Shown: one piece after another, positions 42,641 through 55,409 of the stretch
How positions within the stretch are numbered: the stretch's first letter is position 1
Layout of the letters: each line of letters starts with the position of its first letter
Assembly (NCBI GenBank): GCA_963845755.1
Contig: CAWJTV010000028.1
Coordinates: 192,001 to 256,000, forward strand
Reading direction: 5' to 3'
DNA: 64,000 nucleotides
From: an uncultured Planctomycetota bacterium
GTDB taxonomy: Bacteria > Planctomycetota > Planctomycetia > Isosphaerales > Isosphaeraceae
The notes under the pieces: generated by a model
The model's input: the letters and a program-made list of their open reading frames with translations, nothing else
What the model was told of the DNA's origin: nothing
Database searches by the model: none
Program-made: the position numbers and the translations under genes

Positions 42641-42768
42641 CGTGCACAGCCTCCTACTCCTCGGACACCGCTCGATCCGCGCCTGGGTCATTCCCGCGAG
42701 ACCGCCACCCGGCACGACCACGGCACCACGCATCGAGGACTAATCTCCCCGTGTCAGCCCGGATATCT

Positions 42769-43182
42769 TCAACGGATGCCCAAGGGAATATTGATGGACT
42801 TTCCTTCCAGCTCGACGCTCAGGACGCCGTCCAGGCCTCCCTTCGGGAAAAGAGGAGGCCCGGTGGGGGTGACCAGCGCCTCACCTTCCGGCTTGAGATC
42901 AATCTTTTTCTCCCCGATCGTGAGCGTGCCCGCGGCAGGAGCCGGCGAAAGGGGCTCGTTGGATTGATTGATTAAGTAGAAGGAGACCTCGGCACTCATC
43001 GTGGACTTCGCCGATCCGGCCTCCTTCTGGACGATTTCGACATATCCCTTTCCGCCGGGTAGGGCGATCAGGTTCCCATGGTGGGGCGGGGCTGATCCGG
43101 GATTGGTTGTCGAAGTCCCTCCCCCACAGCCGGTCAAGAGACCGAGAAGGATGAGGCAACTCACTCGAGGAACCTTGACCAT
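42769..43182 (-). CDS. Putative lipoprotein
   Basis: Lipobox LLTGC; PPHHGNLI motif; directly downstream of the DUF1559 gene. Confidence 0.8.
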   Translation of the reverse strand: MVKVPRVSCLILLGLLTGCGGGTSTTNPGSAPPHHGNLIALPGGKGYVEIVQKEAGSAKSTMSAEVSFYLINQSNEPLSPAPAAGTLTIGEKKIDLKPEGEALVTPTGPPLFPKGGLDGVLSVELEGKSINIPLGIR

Positions 43183-43341
43183 GGACGAAATCCTCTCGCA
43201 GACTGATGCAAAAGGCCCGCTCCAACGGATCCGGGAGGACGCGGAAGAAAGGAAACGCTCGGGGACAGACCGTCTCGTCCTGCCCCCGGTACGTTCAAAC
43301 TGAGCGGCCGCGAGGCGATGTCTCAGCTTGCGGTTGGCCGA

Positions 43342-44475
43342 TCAGTAGGAATCCGAGCTGATCACTTCGCCGCCGGCTCGCGTCGAGAGTTGCTGATAGA
43401 CGCCGAGCAGTGCGGCGGTGTTCGCCAGATAGTAACCCGTCTTGGAGAAGGGTGCCGTCGCCGCGACCGACGTGTAGACCGTGCCGTTAGGCATGGCGTC
43501 GCCATAGCTGTCGGCATTCCCCGCACTGAACGACCACGAGCTGATCGAGTTCTTGATGAACCGGACCGAGCCGTCGCAGAAACTGAAGTTCGCCCCGCCC
43601 GGGTGGTAACTCCCGGCTACCGTCGGAGAGTAGTAGCCGGGGGTCGTCCCCCCGCCAAAAGCGACGTTATTACCAGCCGCCAGGTTGAGCGGATAAAGCG
43701 TGGCGAAGAGTGTGTCATAGTAGCGGCCCGAGTTCCATGAACCGTCGGAAACCGCGTAACCTGGATCGAGGATGAACAGGTGCCCCTTGGCATGCTCAGC
43801 GAAGATGAACGTGTTGCTGGTCCCGTCCGTGACGGAGGCGATCTTGGTGCTGCTGTCGTTGTAGATCGTGCCATTGAACTGGGCGAGGACCGTCAACGAC
43901 ATCAGGTTCGAGAACCCGAAGGTGAACGTGCCCGCGTTGCCGGCGTAGCTGGTAAACGCCTGCATCCAGGTGCCGGGAGGCAAAGTGATCTCGTTGAAGC
44001 TCCAGCCCGGGGTGACGCCGCCGCCCGAGGATAGGCTCGAGATCTGGACGCTCTGATTCAAGGGATCACTGGGACAGATGAGTGAGTTAATCTGAACGCC
44101 GCAGATGGTGAGGTTCGCGGGGTCCGCCGAGGTGAGGTTGAAGTTCGTCGCGTTGTACATCGCCGACTGTTCGAAGAAGGGGAGCATCCGCACGAAGGCG
44201 CTGAAATTCTCGGGATAGGTACTCACGTGCGGCGGATTGAAAAGGGTACCGGAATACGAATTTCCGGGGAAGCAGCCATTCGAGGACTCGTAGTTGTTGG
44301 CGGCCAGGGCAAGTTGCTTCAAGTTGTTGGTGCACTGGGCGCGGCGTGCGGCCTCGCGGGCCGCCTGAACGGCTGGCAACAACAGTGCGATCAATACGGC
44401 GATGATCGCGATGACGACCAGTAGCTCGATCAGCGTGAATCCGCGAGTCGAACCTGAGCGGGACCGGGATCTCAT
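43342..44475 (-). CDS. DUF1559 prepilin-type N-terminal cleavage/methylation protein
   Basis: GFTLIELLVVIAIIAVLIALLLPAVQAAREAARR, DGTSNT, H-X9-DG motif HPGGANFSFCDG. Confidence 0.95.
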   Translation of the reverse strand: MRSRSRSGSTRGFTLIELLVVIAIIAVLIALLLPAVQAAREAARRAQCTNNLKQLALAANNYESSNGCFPGNSYSGTLFNPPHVSTYPENFSAFVRMLPFFEQSAMYNATNFNLTSADPANLTICGVQINSLICPSDPLNQSVQISSLSSGGGVTPGWSFNEITLPPGTWMQAFTSYAGNAGTFTFGFSNLMSLTVLAQFNGTIYNDSSTKIASVTDGTSNTFIFAEHAKGHLFILDPGYAVSDGSWNSGRYYDTLFATLYPLNLAAGNNVAFGGGTTPGYYSPTVAGSYHPGGANFSFCDGSVRFIKNSISSWSFSAGNADSYGDAMPNGTVYTSVAATAPFSKTGYYLANTAALLGVYQQLSTRAGGEVISSDSY

Positions 44476-45124
44476 GAGACGGGGCTCCTGAAGGTGCAGC
44501 GTCGGTCGAAGGTGGGGATGAGTGGGGACAAACTACGTCCGTCGTATTTCCGATTCAACACCGAAAGCAGATCTCGGATTGATCAGAAAATCGGAAGAAC
44601 CGGTAGAGTCAGGAGGTTCTCGGTGACAGCGGAGCCGATCAGAGGAGAGGAGAGGGACTATCACCGAGGGTCAGCGAATAATTCAAGCGAACTTAACGTA
44701 CGCGATGCCAGAATGCAATCCGATTCCTCATGTGATTTCTTAAGTCCTGTGCCCCAGGAGTATTTCGGGCGCCAGATCCGTAGAGGCGCCGGATCTGCCT
44801 CAGGACGACTCCGGATCTCTACACCGTTGCCATGACCGTGCGCCTCCCCCATGCCTCCAACACTCACCGTTCCATCACCCTCTTTTCCTACGGCTCGCTC
44901 GACCGAGCTCGATCGGTTTTTCTCGACCGATCGCCGTGATACCATCCAAAACTTCGGAGGCGGATCGATCGATGGAAGGAAGTCTGCGCATGTCGGGAAC
45001 CGCGCCGGATGATTGTCAGGCGATCAAACATTGTGTAATGTTGGTTCAACAGTCGAACCCGTTGACGAGCGGCGAATCTGCTCCCCGCCCACGAGGCGAA
45101 CCACCCACCCCAGGAGTCGACGCC

Positions 45125-47505
45125 ATGGCTCGACTCTGTGCCTTGGGCCTGCTGTCCTTCTTGCTCCTGGCCGGATTGGTTGATGCCGATGAGGCGTCCG
45201 AGAGCTTGTTCGAGCTGAAGATCCGTCCCGTGCTGGCCAATGATTGCCTGCCTTGCCACGGCGGTAAGAAGATCAGCAGCGGTCTGAAGGTCGATTCGCG
45301 AGAAGCGCTCATCCAGGGTGGAGACCGCGGGCCGGCGGTCATGGCCGGCGACCCGGAGGGGAGCTTGTTGATCCAGGCGATCCGGAAGACCCACGACGAG
45401 GTTAAGATGCCGCCCAAGCGGCGGTTGTCCGAGGAAACCATTGCGGCCTTTGCGAAGTGGATCGCGGACGGGGCGATCTGGCCGGAGGGCTCGGGCAAGC
45501 GCAGACGCTTGCCGGCCAAGGCAAGCCCGCCCCGCGGCACTGGGCCTTCGAGCGGGTCAGAGCGGTTGAGCCGCCGCCGGATCCGACCGGCTGGTCCGGC
45601 CGGCCCGTCGATCGTTTCATCGCGGCTAGACGCAGCGCGGCCGGTGTTCGACCGGTGCGACGCGCGGACAAAGGCACGCTCCTCCGCCGCGTCACGTTCG
45701 ACCTGATCGGATTGCCGCCCACGCCCGAGGAGCTCACGCGGTTCCTCGGCGATCCGAGGCCCGATGCGTTTGTCCGAGTCGTCGACCGCCTGCTGGCCTC
45801 GCCCCACTACGGCGAACGCTGGGGCCGACACTGGATGGATGTCGCCCATTACGCCGACACAGCGGGCGACAACGCCGACTATCCCGTACCGGAAGTGGTG
45901 CGCTACCGCGATTACATCTTCGATTCGTTCAACCGGGACAAGCCGTACGACCAGTTCGTCCGCGCGCAACTGGCCGGCGACATACTCGCCCGTGACAGAT
46001 CGGGGACCGATTATGCGGAGTCGATCGCCGCGACCGGGTTCCTCGCCCTGTCCCGGCGCTATGGGACCGGTCCCTTCGAGCTCTGGCACTTGACCCTGGA
46101 GGATGCGATCGAGACCACCGGCCGGGCCTTCCTCGGCCTGACACTCCGCTGCGCCCGATGCCACGACCACAAGTTCGACCCCGTCGCCCAGACCGACTAT
46201 TACGCCCTCTACGGGATGTTCGCCAGCACGACGTTTCCGTGGGCCGGATCGGAGGAGACGCAGTCGAAGGGCTTCCCGCGCATGAACTTCGTCCCCCTCG
46301 TGGAGCCTTCGCGGGCCGAACCCAGGCTCAAGGCCTATCGCGGGCGGCTTGCCGAGTTGGAGCGGATCATCTCCACTCTGAAGGGATCGAACGAAGCGAA
46401 GGACCGAACCCGGCTCGCCAACCTCCAGACCGAGAAAACCCGGCTCCAGCGGACATCTCTTCCCCTGGATCTGCCCGCCGGCTACGCCGTGACCGAGGGG
46501 AAGCCGGCCGATGTGCCGGTCCAGCGCCGGGGCGATCCCGGTAGTCCCGGACCTGTCGTCACCCACGGGGTTCCCCGATTCGCGTTCCTGGCCGGCGAGC
46601 CGCCACCTCCCGTGGCGCCGGGAAGCAGTGGCCGATACGAGCTGGCGCGCTGGTTGACGCGACCCGAGCATCCTCTGACGGCGCGCGTCATGGTCAACCG
46701 GATCTGGCAACATCACTTCGGCCGGGGGATCGTCGCCACGCCATCGAATCTCGGAGTGCGCGGCGAGCCGCCCACGCATCCCGAGCTGCTCGACTGGCTC
46801 GCGGCCCGATTCGTCGCCAGTGGTTGGTCGATCAAGGCCATCCATCGCGAGATCGTCCTGTCGGTGACCTACCAGCTCTCGAGCGACTACGACGCGCCGG
46901 ATGCCGTCCTCGACCCTCAAGACCGATGGCTGTGGCGGTATCCCCGACGCCGCCTCGACGCGGAATCGATCCGCGACGCCATGCTGGCTGTCTCGGGCCG
47001 CCTCGACCGCGGACGACCGGGACGACATCCCTTTCCCCCGATCGAGGCCTGGCACTGGACCCAGCACGACGCGTTCAAAATCGTCTATCCCTCCGATCAC
47101 CGCAGCGTGTACCTCATGACCCAGCGCCTGATCAAGCATCCCTTCCTGGCGATCTTCGACGGGCCCGACACCAACTACTCGACCGACGTCCGGAGCCAGT
47201 CCACCGTCCCCCTCCAGGCCCTCTACTTCCTGAACAACCCGTTCGTGCTCGAGAACGCCGAGGGACTCGCACACCGGATGACCAACGCCTCGACGGATCC
47301 GCAGGCGCGGATCACCCACGGCTACCTGCTGGCCTGGGGCCGGCCCCCGGACAGGTCCGAGCTCGATCGCGCGCTCCGTTTCGTCCTGTCGGCGAGCACG
47401 AGCCTGGCTGCCACCGGCACGCATGATGAGGGCGTGGACCGCCGTGTGTGGACGAGTCTCGCCAGGATCCTCCTGACCGCCAATGAATTCCTCTACATCG
47501 ACTGA
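45125..47505 (+). CDS. Planctomycete cytochrome c / DUF1549 / DUF1553 (PSD1) protein; frameshift ~45500-45540
   Basis: CLPCH, YGERWGRHWMD, CARCHDHKFDP, VNRIWQHHFGRG, PTHPELLDWLA. Confidence 0.92.
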
Positions 47506-47538
47506 GCGTCGATTCCATGAGACTCGGAAGTCGATCTC

Positions 47539-47600
47539 GTAGTGTGGGTGAAACCCACAAAATATCATAATTTTACATCGGTGGGTTCCACCCACACTAC
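47539..47600. repeat. GTAG-type REP doublet (REPIN-like)
   Basis: GTAGTGTGGGTGAAACCCAC ... GTGGGTTCCACCCACACTAC. Confidence 0.8.
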
Positions 47601-47619
47601 AATTGCGAGTGATGGCGTG

Positions 47620-49022
47620 ATGACGATCGATCCGATACGCGTCAGAGCGCAGGTCGTTCTTGAAGACATCCGTGGCCGCCGCGGCCGGCCCGGGGTTGTA
47701 TTCCGCCCTGGCCCTGGCGGCGGAGCGTGGCGGTGGCGGCCTGCTGGCGCCGTTGCCCACCCATCACCAGGCGAAGGCGAAGAACCTGCTCGTGATCTTC
47801 CTCACGGGTGGGTTCTCGCACGTCGACACGTTCGACTACAAGCCGGCACTCGCCCGTCACCAGGGGAAATCGGTCCCCTCGTTCGGCCTGCGGCCCGACG
47901 AGACGCACGATCGTCCGTTGCTGGGCTCGCCGTTCCGGTTTCGGGCTTGCGGCGATTCGGGCCTGATGATTAGCGAGCTGTTCCCCAACCTGGGTACCCT
48001 GGCCGACGAGCTGTGTGTGATCCGATCGCTGCATACGGACATCGTCGAGCATTTCCAGGCGGTGCTGGCCATGCACACCGGCTCGGCGACGGTCCCGATG
48101 CCGAGCCTCGGCGCGTGGCTCAGTTATGGACTGGGGACCTTCAACGCCAACTTGCCCGCCTACATGGTGCTCTGCCAGCACCTGCCGTATGCCGGCACGC
48201 AGGTCTGGGACAGCAGCTTCCTGCCGCCGATTCACCAGGGAGTGCGAATCGTGCCGGGCCCGGAGCCGATCCCCGACCTCAAGCCGCCGGCTCACCCGTC
48301 GACCCTGGACCAGCTCGAGCAGGTCATGCTCCGCGACGTGAACGAGCTCCACGCCCGGTGCCGTCCGGGCGACGCCGATCTTCGCGCGCGAGCCGCCACC
48401 TTCGACGTCGCCAGGGGTATGATGCACGAGGCGCCCGAGGCGCTCGACGTCAGGCGGGAGTCGAAGTTGAACGCTCGACTCCTACGGGATCACGGAGGGA
48501 GACTCGTCCTCGTTCGGTCAGCAGTGTCTCATCGCGCGCCGATTGATCGAGCGCGGTGTCCGCGTCGTCGAGCTGATCGACACGGGATCGAATAACAACT
48601 GGGATGCCCACGGCAACATGGAGGACCATCGGCCCAAGGCGTTGCGGGTCGATCGCGCGATCGCGGCGCTCCTGAACGACCTGAAGCAACGGGGACTCCT
48701 GAGTCAGACGCTGGTGGCGATCTGCACCGAGTTCGGCCGCACCCCCTGGACCGATTCGCCCCAGAGCAAGGGGCGCAATCATTATGCCAAGGCGTTCACG
48801 GCCCTGCTGGCCGGCGCGGGGGTCCGGGGAGGGATGGCGTTCGGGGAGACGGACGAGTTCGGGATCAGCATCACGTCCAACCCGGTGCATGTCCACGACT
48901 ACCACGCGACGATCCTCCACATCATGGGGATCGATCACACCCGGCTGGTCTACCGATACGCCGGGCGTGACTTTCGCCTCACCGACGTCAACGGCCATGT
49001 GGTCGAGCCCATCCTGAGCTGA
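47620..49022 (+). CDS. DUF1501 family protein; frameshifts near 47650 and 48475
   Basis: RRSFLK Tat-like motif, [35 protein letters not shown]. Confidence 0.9.
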
Positions 49023-49206
49023 CGCCGGGCGCCCGCCCACCGTTGCGAAGGTCGTGACGCGGGCACGCGGGCCGCTGGAGCTGGATCCTAGCCTCGGCAT
49101 CCTTCGTTCGATGATCGGTTGTCTTCCCGCCGGCATCTCTATCCTCCCAACGCGCGATCGGTCACAATAGCGAGACGAGACCGATTCCCCTTCACCCGAT
49201 CCAACC

Positions 49207-50556
49207 ATGCGAATCCTCATCGTTGACGACGAGTCGAACATCCGAATGACGTTGCGAGTGGCCTTCGAATCGATGCGTCACACGGTCGAAGAGGCCGCGG
49301 GGATCGACGAGGCGCTGAAGCGGATCGAGCGATCGCGGTTCGACCTGGCGCTGGTGGATCTCCGGCTGGGCATCGACTCGGGGCTCGACCTGCTGGAGAC
49401 GTGCTTGCGGCGGGCGCCGAAGATGGCGGTGGTGATCATCACGGCCCACGGGTCGATCGACACGGCGGTCGAGGCCATGCGGGGAGGCGCCTTCGATTAC
49501 CTGCCGAAACCGTTCCTGCCGGCCCAGATCCGCGCCGTCGTGGAGCGCGTCGAGAGGCTCAGGAGCCTTCAGGACCGCGTGGACGATCTGGAGGAGCAGA
49601 TCGCCATCGAGATCCCCGAGGTCTCGCTCGAGAGCGACGATCCGCAGGTCCGGCTGGTACTGGAGCAGGGCCGTCAGGTCGCGAGTACCGACGCGGTGGT
49701 ACTGATCCGGGGCGAGAGCGGCACGGGGAAGGGAGTCCTGGCTCGGGCGATCCACGGTTGGAGCCGCCGTGCGCAGTGCGCCGTTCGTCACGGTCAGTTG
49801 CCCGAGTCTCAGCGCGGAGTTGCTGGAAAGCGAACTCTTCGGCCACGCACGCGGCGCGTTCACCGGCGCCGTCAGCGAGACGCGGGGGAAGGTCGCCGCG
49901 GCCGAGTCCGGGACGCTCTTCCTCGACGAGATCGGCGATCTGCCGCTGGCCCTCCAGCCCAAGTTGCTCCGCTTCCTCCAGGAACGGCAGTACGAGCGGG
50001 TCGGCGAGACGCGTTCGCGGACGGCCGACGTCCGGCTCATCACGGCGACCAATCACGACCTCGACGCGGCCGTCGCCGCCGGACAGTTCCGCGAGGATCT
50101 TCTGTTTCGCCTGAATGTCGTGGAGCTGAGCCTTCCCGCTCTGCGGGTCCGCTCGGATCGAATCCTCCTGGCCGAGCACCTTCTGGCCTTCTTCGCTCGC
50201 CAGACGGCCAAGCCTATCGACGGATTCACTCCGGAGGCGCCGCGGCCCTGCTCCGATACGGCTGGCCCGGCAATCTCCGCGAGCTGCGCAATGCCATGGA
50301 ACGAGCCGCGATCTTCGCCAAGGGGCAGATCCTTGACCTCGAGGACTTGCCGGGACGCATCATCTCGGCGGCGCCTCGGACCGTTACCGAATCCGGAGTC
50401 CCGATCGAGGTCGGCCAGCCGATCTCGATCGAGCGGCTCGAGACGGAGCATATCCGACTGATCCTCGCTCGATGCCCCAGCCGCGAGGACGCCGCGCGAA
50501 TCCTGGGAATCGATCCCAGCACGTTGTACCGTAAGCGGAAACAACTGGGTCTTTGA
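49207..50556 (+). CDS. Sigma54-dependent response regulator (AlgB-like); compensating frameshifts ~49775 and ~50240
   Basis: Receiver domain, [32 protein letters not shown]. Confidence 0.9.
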   Translation: MRILIVDDESNIRMTLRVAFESMRHTVEEAAGIDEALKRIERSRFDLALVDLRLGIDSGLDLLETCLRRAPKMAVVIITAHGSIDTAVEAMRGGAFDYLPKPFLPAQIRAVVERVERLRSLQDRVDDLEEQIAIEIPEVSLESDDPQVRLVLEQGRQVASTDAVVLIRGESGTGKGVLARAIHGWSRRAQCAVRHGQLPESQRGVAGKRTLRPRTRRVHRRRQRDAGEGRRGRVRDALPRRDRRSAAGPPAQVAPLPPGTAVRAGRRDAFADGRRPAHHGDQSRPRRGRRRRTVPRGSSVSPECRGAEPSRSAGPLGSNPPGRAPSGLLRSPDGQAYRRIHSGGAAALLRYGWPGNLRELRNAMERAAIFAKGQILDLEDLPGRIISAAPRTVTESGVPIEVGQPISIERLETEHIRLILARCPSREDAARILGIDPSTLYRKRKQLGL

Positions 50557-50769
50557 TGGGGCTGGACGGAGGAGTCGGGGAGTGGGAACCCGTTCGCTTC
50601 GTCGGTGAGGCGCGTACATCCCGCGGGGCCTCGTCGATCGGTGACCGGATAGGAGTTGTTCGGTCCACTCGCTTTTTGCACTCGGGAAATCGACAATCGG
50701 GGTGGCGAGTTCGCGGAGAAAGCTCGCTCGGCATGCCGATGACATCACGGGGGAGCCGGGGCTGACAAG

Positions 50770-52691
50770 GTGAAGACACTGAAAAGCAAGCTGCTCATCG
50801 GGCTGCTGCCGACGCTGGTGATCCTGGCGGCGCTCGGCCTTTGGGCGATCGTCATGTTCTATCGGCTGGGCAATAACATCGATGTGATCCTCCGGGAGAA
50901 CTACAGGAGCGTGCTGTCCGCCGAGCGAATGAAAGAGGCGATCGAGCGGATGGATTCGGCCCTTCTCTTCGAGGTCATCGACCGTGTGGATGCCAGCCAT
51001 GCCTTCGCGGTGAACGGACAGGCCGAACGCGGGCGCAAGCAGTTCGACGAGAACCGGCCCCGTTTCGAGAAGAATCTGGAGATCGAGCTGGGCAACATCA
51101 CGGTGGCCGGAGAGCAGGAATCCGCCGACAGGCTGCGCGATCTCTTCACCCGGTACGTGGCATCGGCCGGCCGGTTCTTCGCCCTGCCCGCCGAGCCGGA
51201 GGGACATCGTGCCGAGGTCTACTTTCGCGAGTTGGAGCCGACCTTCAACGAGATCCGGGAGAGTGCCGATGAGGTGCTGCGGCTGAATCAGGAGAACATG
51301 CAGGCGATGGACCGGCGCGCCCGCGAGAACGCATCCGATTCGATCCGGCTGATGATTGCCGCCCTGATCGCCGCGGTGGTCCTGACCGTGTGGGTCTCGC
51401 TCAAGCTGCATCGGTCGATCCTCGACCCGATCCAGGCCGTGACCGACGGGGCGCGAGCCCTGGCTCGGGGTGAGCTCGACCAGGTCGTGCCCGCGGCGTC
51501 CCGCGACGAGCTCGGCGACCTGGCCCACGCTTTCAACGAGATGGCCCGGACGATCCGCGATTATCGGCAGGCGGGGACCGCCCGGTTGCTCCGCGCCAGA
51601 AGAGCGCCCAGGCGACGATCGACTCGTTTCCCGATCCCGTGGTGGTCGTCAACCCGGCCGGTTCGGTCGAACAGGCCAATCCCGCGGCACGCCGCCTGCT
51701 CAGCGTCATGCCAACGGCGGAGCCACCGGTCCCGTGGTATCCGCCGCCGCCGTTGAAAACCCGGGTGAACGATGTGCTCGCCGGACGAGGCGATTACCTC
51801 CCCCTCGCCCTGGAACAGGCGATCCTGCTCCCCGACGGTGGCCAGGAACACTACTTCTTGCCGCGCGTCGTGGCGATCCGAACCACGCCCGACGATCTGC
51901 TCGGCGCCGCCGTCGTCCTCCTCGACGTGACCAAGTTCCACTTGCTGGATCGGCTGAAGAGCGACATGGTCGCGACGGTCAGCCACGAACTCAAGACGCC
52001 GTTGACCAGCGTGCAGATGGCCGTCCACCTCCTGCTCGAAGAGGTCGTGGGCCCTCTCACTCCGAAGCAGGTGGAGCTCCTGCTGGCGGCCCGCCAGGAT
52101 TCCGACCGCATCCTGGCCATGATCAACGACCTGCTCGACCTGACCCGGATCGAACAGGGCCGCGTCCGACTCAATCTCGAGCCGGTCCTCGCCGCCGAGC
52201 TTATCGAGGGCGCCGCCGCACGGATGCAAGCCCAGGCCGAAGACGCGGGCATCACCCTCGACACGGCACTCGGCGGGGAACCCGGCTACGTCATGGTCGA
52301 TCGCGATCGCATCGAGCACGTCTTCGACAACCTGATCATCAACGCGATCCAGCACACGCCGCGCGGGGGATCGATCCGGATCGGCGCCCGGGCGAACGAC
52401 GACCAGCTCTGGTTCGAGGTCCACGACACCGGCGCGGGCATCCCTCGCGAACACCTGCCCCACGTCTTCGAACGATTCTATCGGATCCCGGGCGGTCAAC
52501 AGGCCGCGGGCGCGGGACTGGGCCTGGCGATCGCCCGCGAGATCCTCACCGCCCATGGCGGCCGGATCGAGGTTGACAGCCAGCCGGGCCGGGGAACGAC
52601 CTTCACTTTCATCCTGCCGTCGCGCGACGCCTTGCAGGATGTGGACGAAGCGCAGGGTCCGATGGCCCTCTCCCCACAGAATGTGCCTTGA
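50770..52691 (+). CDS. KinB-like sensor histidine kinase (4-helix sensor, HAMP, PAS); frameshift near 51600
   Basis: ENYRSV..AERM, DELGDLAHAFNEM, SHELKTPL, NLIINA, GLGLAI. Confidence 0.9.
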
Positions 52692-52747
52692 TCCGATTAC
52701 ACTCATATTTATTTCTTTTTTGTTCGCTTTTCACGCAGATGTGTGGA

Positions 52748-54066
52748 TCATCCAACAACGGCGACCGGCATCCGCCGTTTCGGCGCATTCCAGAGCAGCA
52801 AGATCGCCAGGAACCCGATCATGGGCAGGAGTCCGGCCAGTGATGTGACGGCGGAATAGGAATGGGTCCGGTCAACCCACTTGCCGATCGGCTCCTGGAC
52901 GAGCGCGGTCGCCGTCCACGTGAGGAAGCTGAGCGATCCGGTCACCTTGCCCAGCCGGCTCACCGACAGCTCCTGGGTGAAGGCATAATAGGTAGGAAAC
53001 TGGCCGAGCGAGCCGAATCCGATGACCAGCAGGATGCTGAGGAACAGCCAGGAGGCGGGCAAGAACGCGGCCAGTATGCTCAGCGCGGTCAGGAGCGAGC
53101 AGACCAGGAACGTCGACATGCGTGCTCCGTGAACGGGGACGCCCCGGTTCGTTAGCCACTTGACGAGGAATCCGGTTGTCAGGCAACCGACATCGGCGGC
53201 CAGGTAATAGGCGATCGAGAAGAACTGGACCTCGTTCTGGCTGTAGCCGTATTGCTCGCGCAACATCCCCGGCATCCAGGCCCGGAAGTATTGCCAGCAC
53301 CAGTTGATCATGATCACGACGACGCCCAGCGCCAGGAACCGGCGAAGAAAGCCCCACCGCCAGGCCGAGACGTCCGAGGCGAGCAGGTCGTCCCGCGTGA
53401 GGGCGATCGAGGATTCGTCGTCGCCCGATTCCAACGAGACGGGCTTGACCTCCAGGTCCTTCGGCCCGATCACGGCCAGCCAGGCGACGACCCAGAAGAT
53501 CCCGATCGCGCCGATGACGCGGAACGGCATCCGCCAGCTCTCCGGCGCCTCGGTGGCCAGGAGCAGTACGACGATCGGCGTGGCGAGCGCCCCCAGTGAC
53601 GCGCCGCTCTGGAGGATGCTGTTGCCCAGAGGCCGATCCTGGCGTGACAGCAGTCGCTGCGAGGTCATCAGGCGCAGGGCCAGTGCCCGGCCTCGAAGAA
53701 TCCAAGGAGCACCCGGCAGACGAGTAGCTGCCTGTAGTTGGTGACCCAACCCGTCGCGAATCCGACAGCCGACCAACCCATGAGGACGACCGGATAAAAC
53801 CATCGCGGATTGATCCGATCGGCGAGAAACCCGGTGACAATTCCTCCCACGGCGAAGGCCAGTCCGAAGCCCAGCTCGAGCCGGCCGTAGTCTGCATTGC
53901 TCAGCTTCAGTGCGGCGAGGATCTCGGTCTTCTGCTGGGACAGTGCCTGGCGATCCATGTACATGATCATGGTCGCCAGCAGCAGTAATCCGCAGATCCC
54001 CCACACTCGGAGGCCCGCCCGCTGTGCATCGATCGTCGTGATGGGGCTCGATTTCATCTCATCCAT
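52748..54066 (-). CDS. MFS transporter (anion:cation symporter / ExuT-like); frameshift near 53680
   Basis: YMDRQ, LADRINPR, RVLLGFFEAGHWP; 12 TM segments. Confidence 0.87.
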
Positions 54067-54817
54067 TCCAGGAATGGCCGTCCCAGGCGATCACCCGACC
54101 CAGGAAAGTGACGACGTCTTGGGAGAAGACACGAAAAATCACCTGGCCCTTCTCGGCCGTGGCTCTGCGAGGATCGCCGATATGGCCCGGAGTGCTCCGC
54201 TCCTGCGTGATCCAGCCTCGCGAGGCCGGCTCGAACGAGGCCCGCTGTGAGACCGGATCGATCGCTTCGAGTTCGCCGACTAGCTCAGGCGCCAGGTGCA
54301 GGATCATGGAGGTCTCCCACTCGCAGGCGTGTCCCATCTGATCCTGGACGATCGCGGGATCGACCTCCTGAGGCTTGCCTCCCAGGAGCCAGTAAGTCGC
54401 CGCCAGCAGGAGCAGGTCGTCGCGCTGCCGGTGGCGCTGGCGGGCTTCGAAGACCGCCTGCTGCGCCGGCACGATATTCCCCCCGTGACCGTTGAGCAGG
54501 ACGATCCGGCGGAAGCCGTGAACGACCAGGTTGTCGATCAGGTCTCCCAGCACGTCGAGATACGTCCGCGGCGCGGCGGAGAGGGTACCGGGGAAGTCGA
54601 GGTGATGGTGCGAGTTCCCCAGCCAGAGCAGGGGGGTCCAGATCACCCGATCGCCGAGCGCCTCGGCCGCGCGACGGACGACCTCGCCCAGCAGCATGCT
54701 GTCGGTGAACACCGGCAAGTGGTGCCCATGCTGCTCGACGGCCGCGATCGGCACGACGACCGGAACGTCCTTCGACGTCGCGGCCACTGCCGGCCAGCTC
54801 ATTTCCTGGAGTTGCAC
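54059..54817 (-). CDS. Creatininase-family amidohydrolase
   Basis: EQHGHHLP..TD, SHHH..FPGT, NGHGGN, HACEWETS. Confidence 0.92.
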   Translation of the reverse strand: MQLQEMSWPAVAATSKDVPVVVPIAAVEQHGHHLPVFTDSMLLGEVVRRAAEALGDRVIWTPLLWLGNSHHHLDFPGTLSAAPRTYLDVLGDLIDNLVVHGFRRIVLLNGHGGNIVPAQQAVFEARQRHRQRDDLLLLAATYWLLGGKPQEVDPAIVQDQMGHACEWETSMILHLAPELVGELEAIDPVSQRASFEPASRGWITQERSTPGHIGDPRRATAEKGQVIFRVFSQDVVTFLGRVIAWDGHSWNG

Positions 54818-55007
54818 GCTGCTTTACCTCCACGATTCTGCCAGCAAGATCGGTTCGACCTCGAAGACACCGGGGCGAGTCGTCGCGGATCAGAACCTTC
54901 TTGCTGTGAGATTGATCAGGACCGCGTTACGAAATAGCTCGTCTTGACTTATCGCAATTTGCGCTTATCCTTTCAAGTCCGCGATGACGTCGGTCAATGG
55001 GTGAGAA

Positions 55008-55406
55008 ATGCGAGTCATCTCCAAGAAGCGATTGAGGCAATTCTGGGAGGTTCGAAAGTCCGATTCTGGGATCGCCGAACGGTACTTGTCCGCCTGGCAC
55101 GATACCGTCAAGAAAGTCGAGTGGGACAATTTCGCGTCGCTGAGGCAGACGTTTGGTTCGGCCGATCAGGTTGTCAACTGTGTCGTGTTCGACGTGGGGA
55201 ATAATCGCTTCCGGCTGATCGGCCGAATCAACTATGCCAAAGGCATCATTTACGTCTTGAAAGTGATGGACCACGCGGAGTACGACAAGCAGCTTTGGAT
55301 CGATCATTGTGGATGCCACGAACCTCCGCCGAAGAGGTCGGTCGCAGCGAAAATGACACCCCCAAAAGATAAGCCAACACCTCGCGGGCGGGAGGGAGGG
55401 ACATAA
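55008..55406 (+). CDS. higB: Type II toxin HigB family
   Basis: MRVISKKRLRQFW, VFDVGNNRFRLI, HAEYDK. Confidence 0.9.
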   Translation: MRVISKKRLRQFWEVRKSDSGIAERYLSAWHDTVKKVEWDNFASLRQTFGSADQVVNCVVFDVGNNRFRLIGRINYAKGIIYVLKVMDHAEYDKQLWIDHCGCHEPPPKRSVAAKMTPPKDKPTPRGREGGT

Positions 55407-55409
55407 ACC

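Noticed and set aside
45046..47760. 904-aa minus-strand ORF and other long antisense ORFs (e.g. 32671..33918, 26699..28057, 60868..62397)
   Set aside because: These are shadow frames opposite well-supported genes, expected in high-GC DNA, with no recognisable motifs.
42769..49022. DUF1559/lipoprotein and PSD1/DUF1501 pairs as a novel system
   Set aside because: Their function is unknown, but these are very common, well-noted planctomycete paralog families, and nothing specific stands out here.
49023..49206. Sigma54 promoter for the AlgB/KinB-like pair
   Set aside because: No convincing GG-N10-GC box or copy of the enhancer motif was found by eye.
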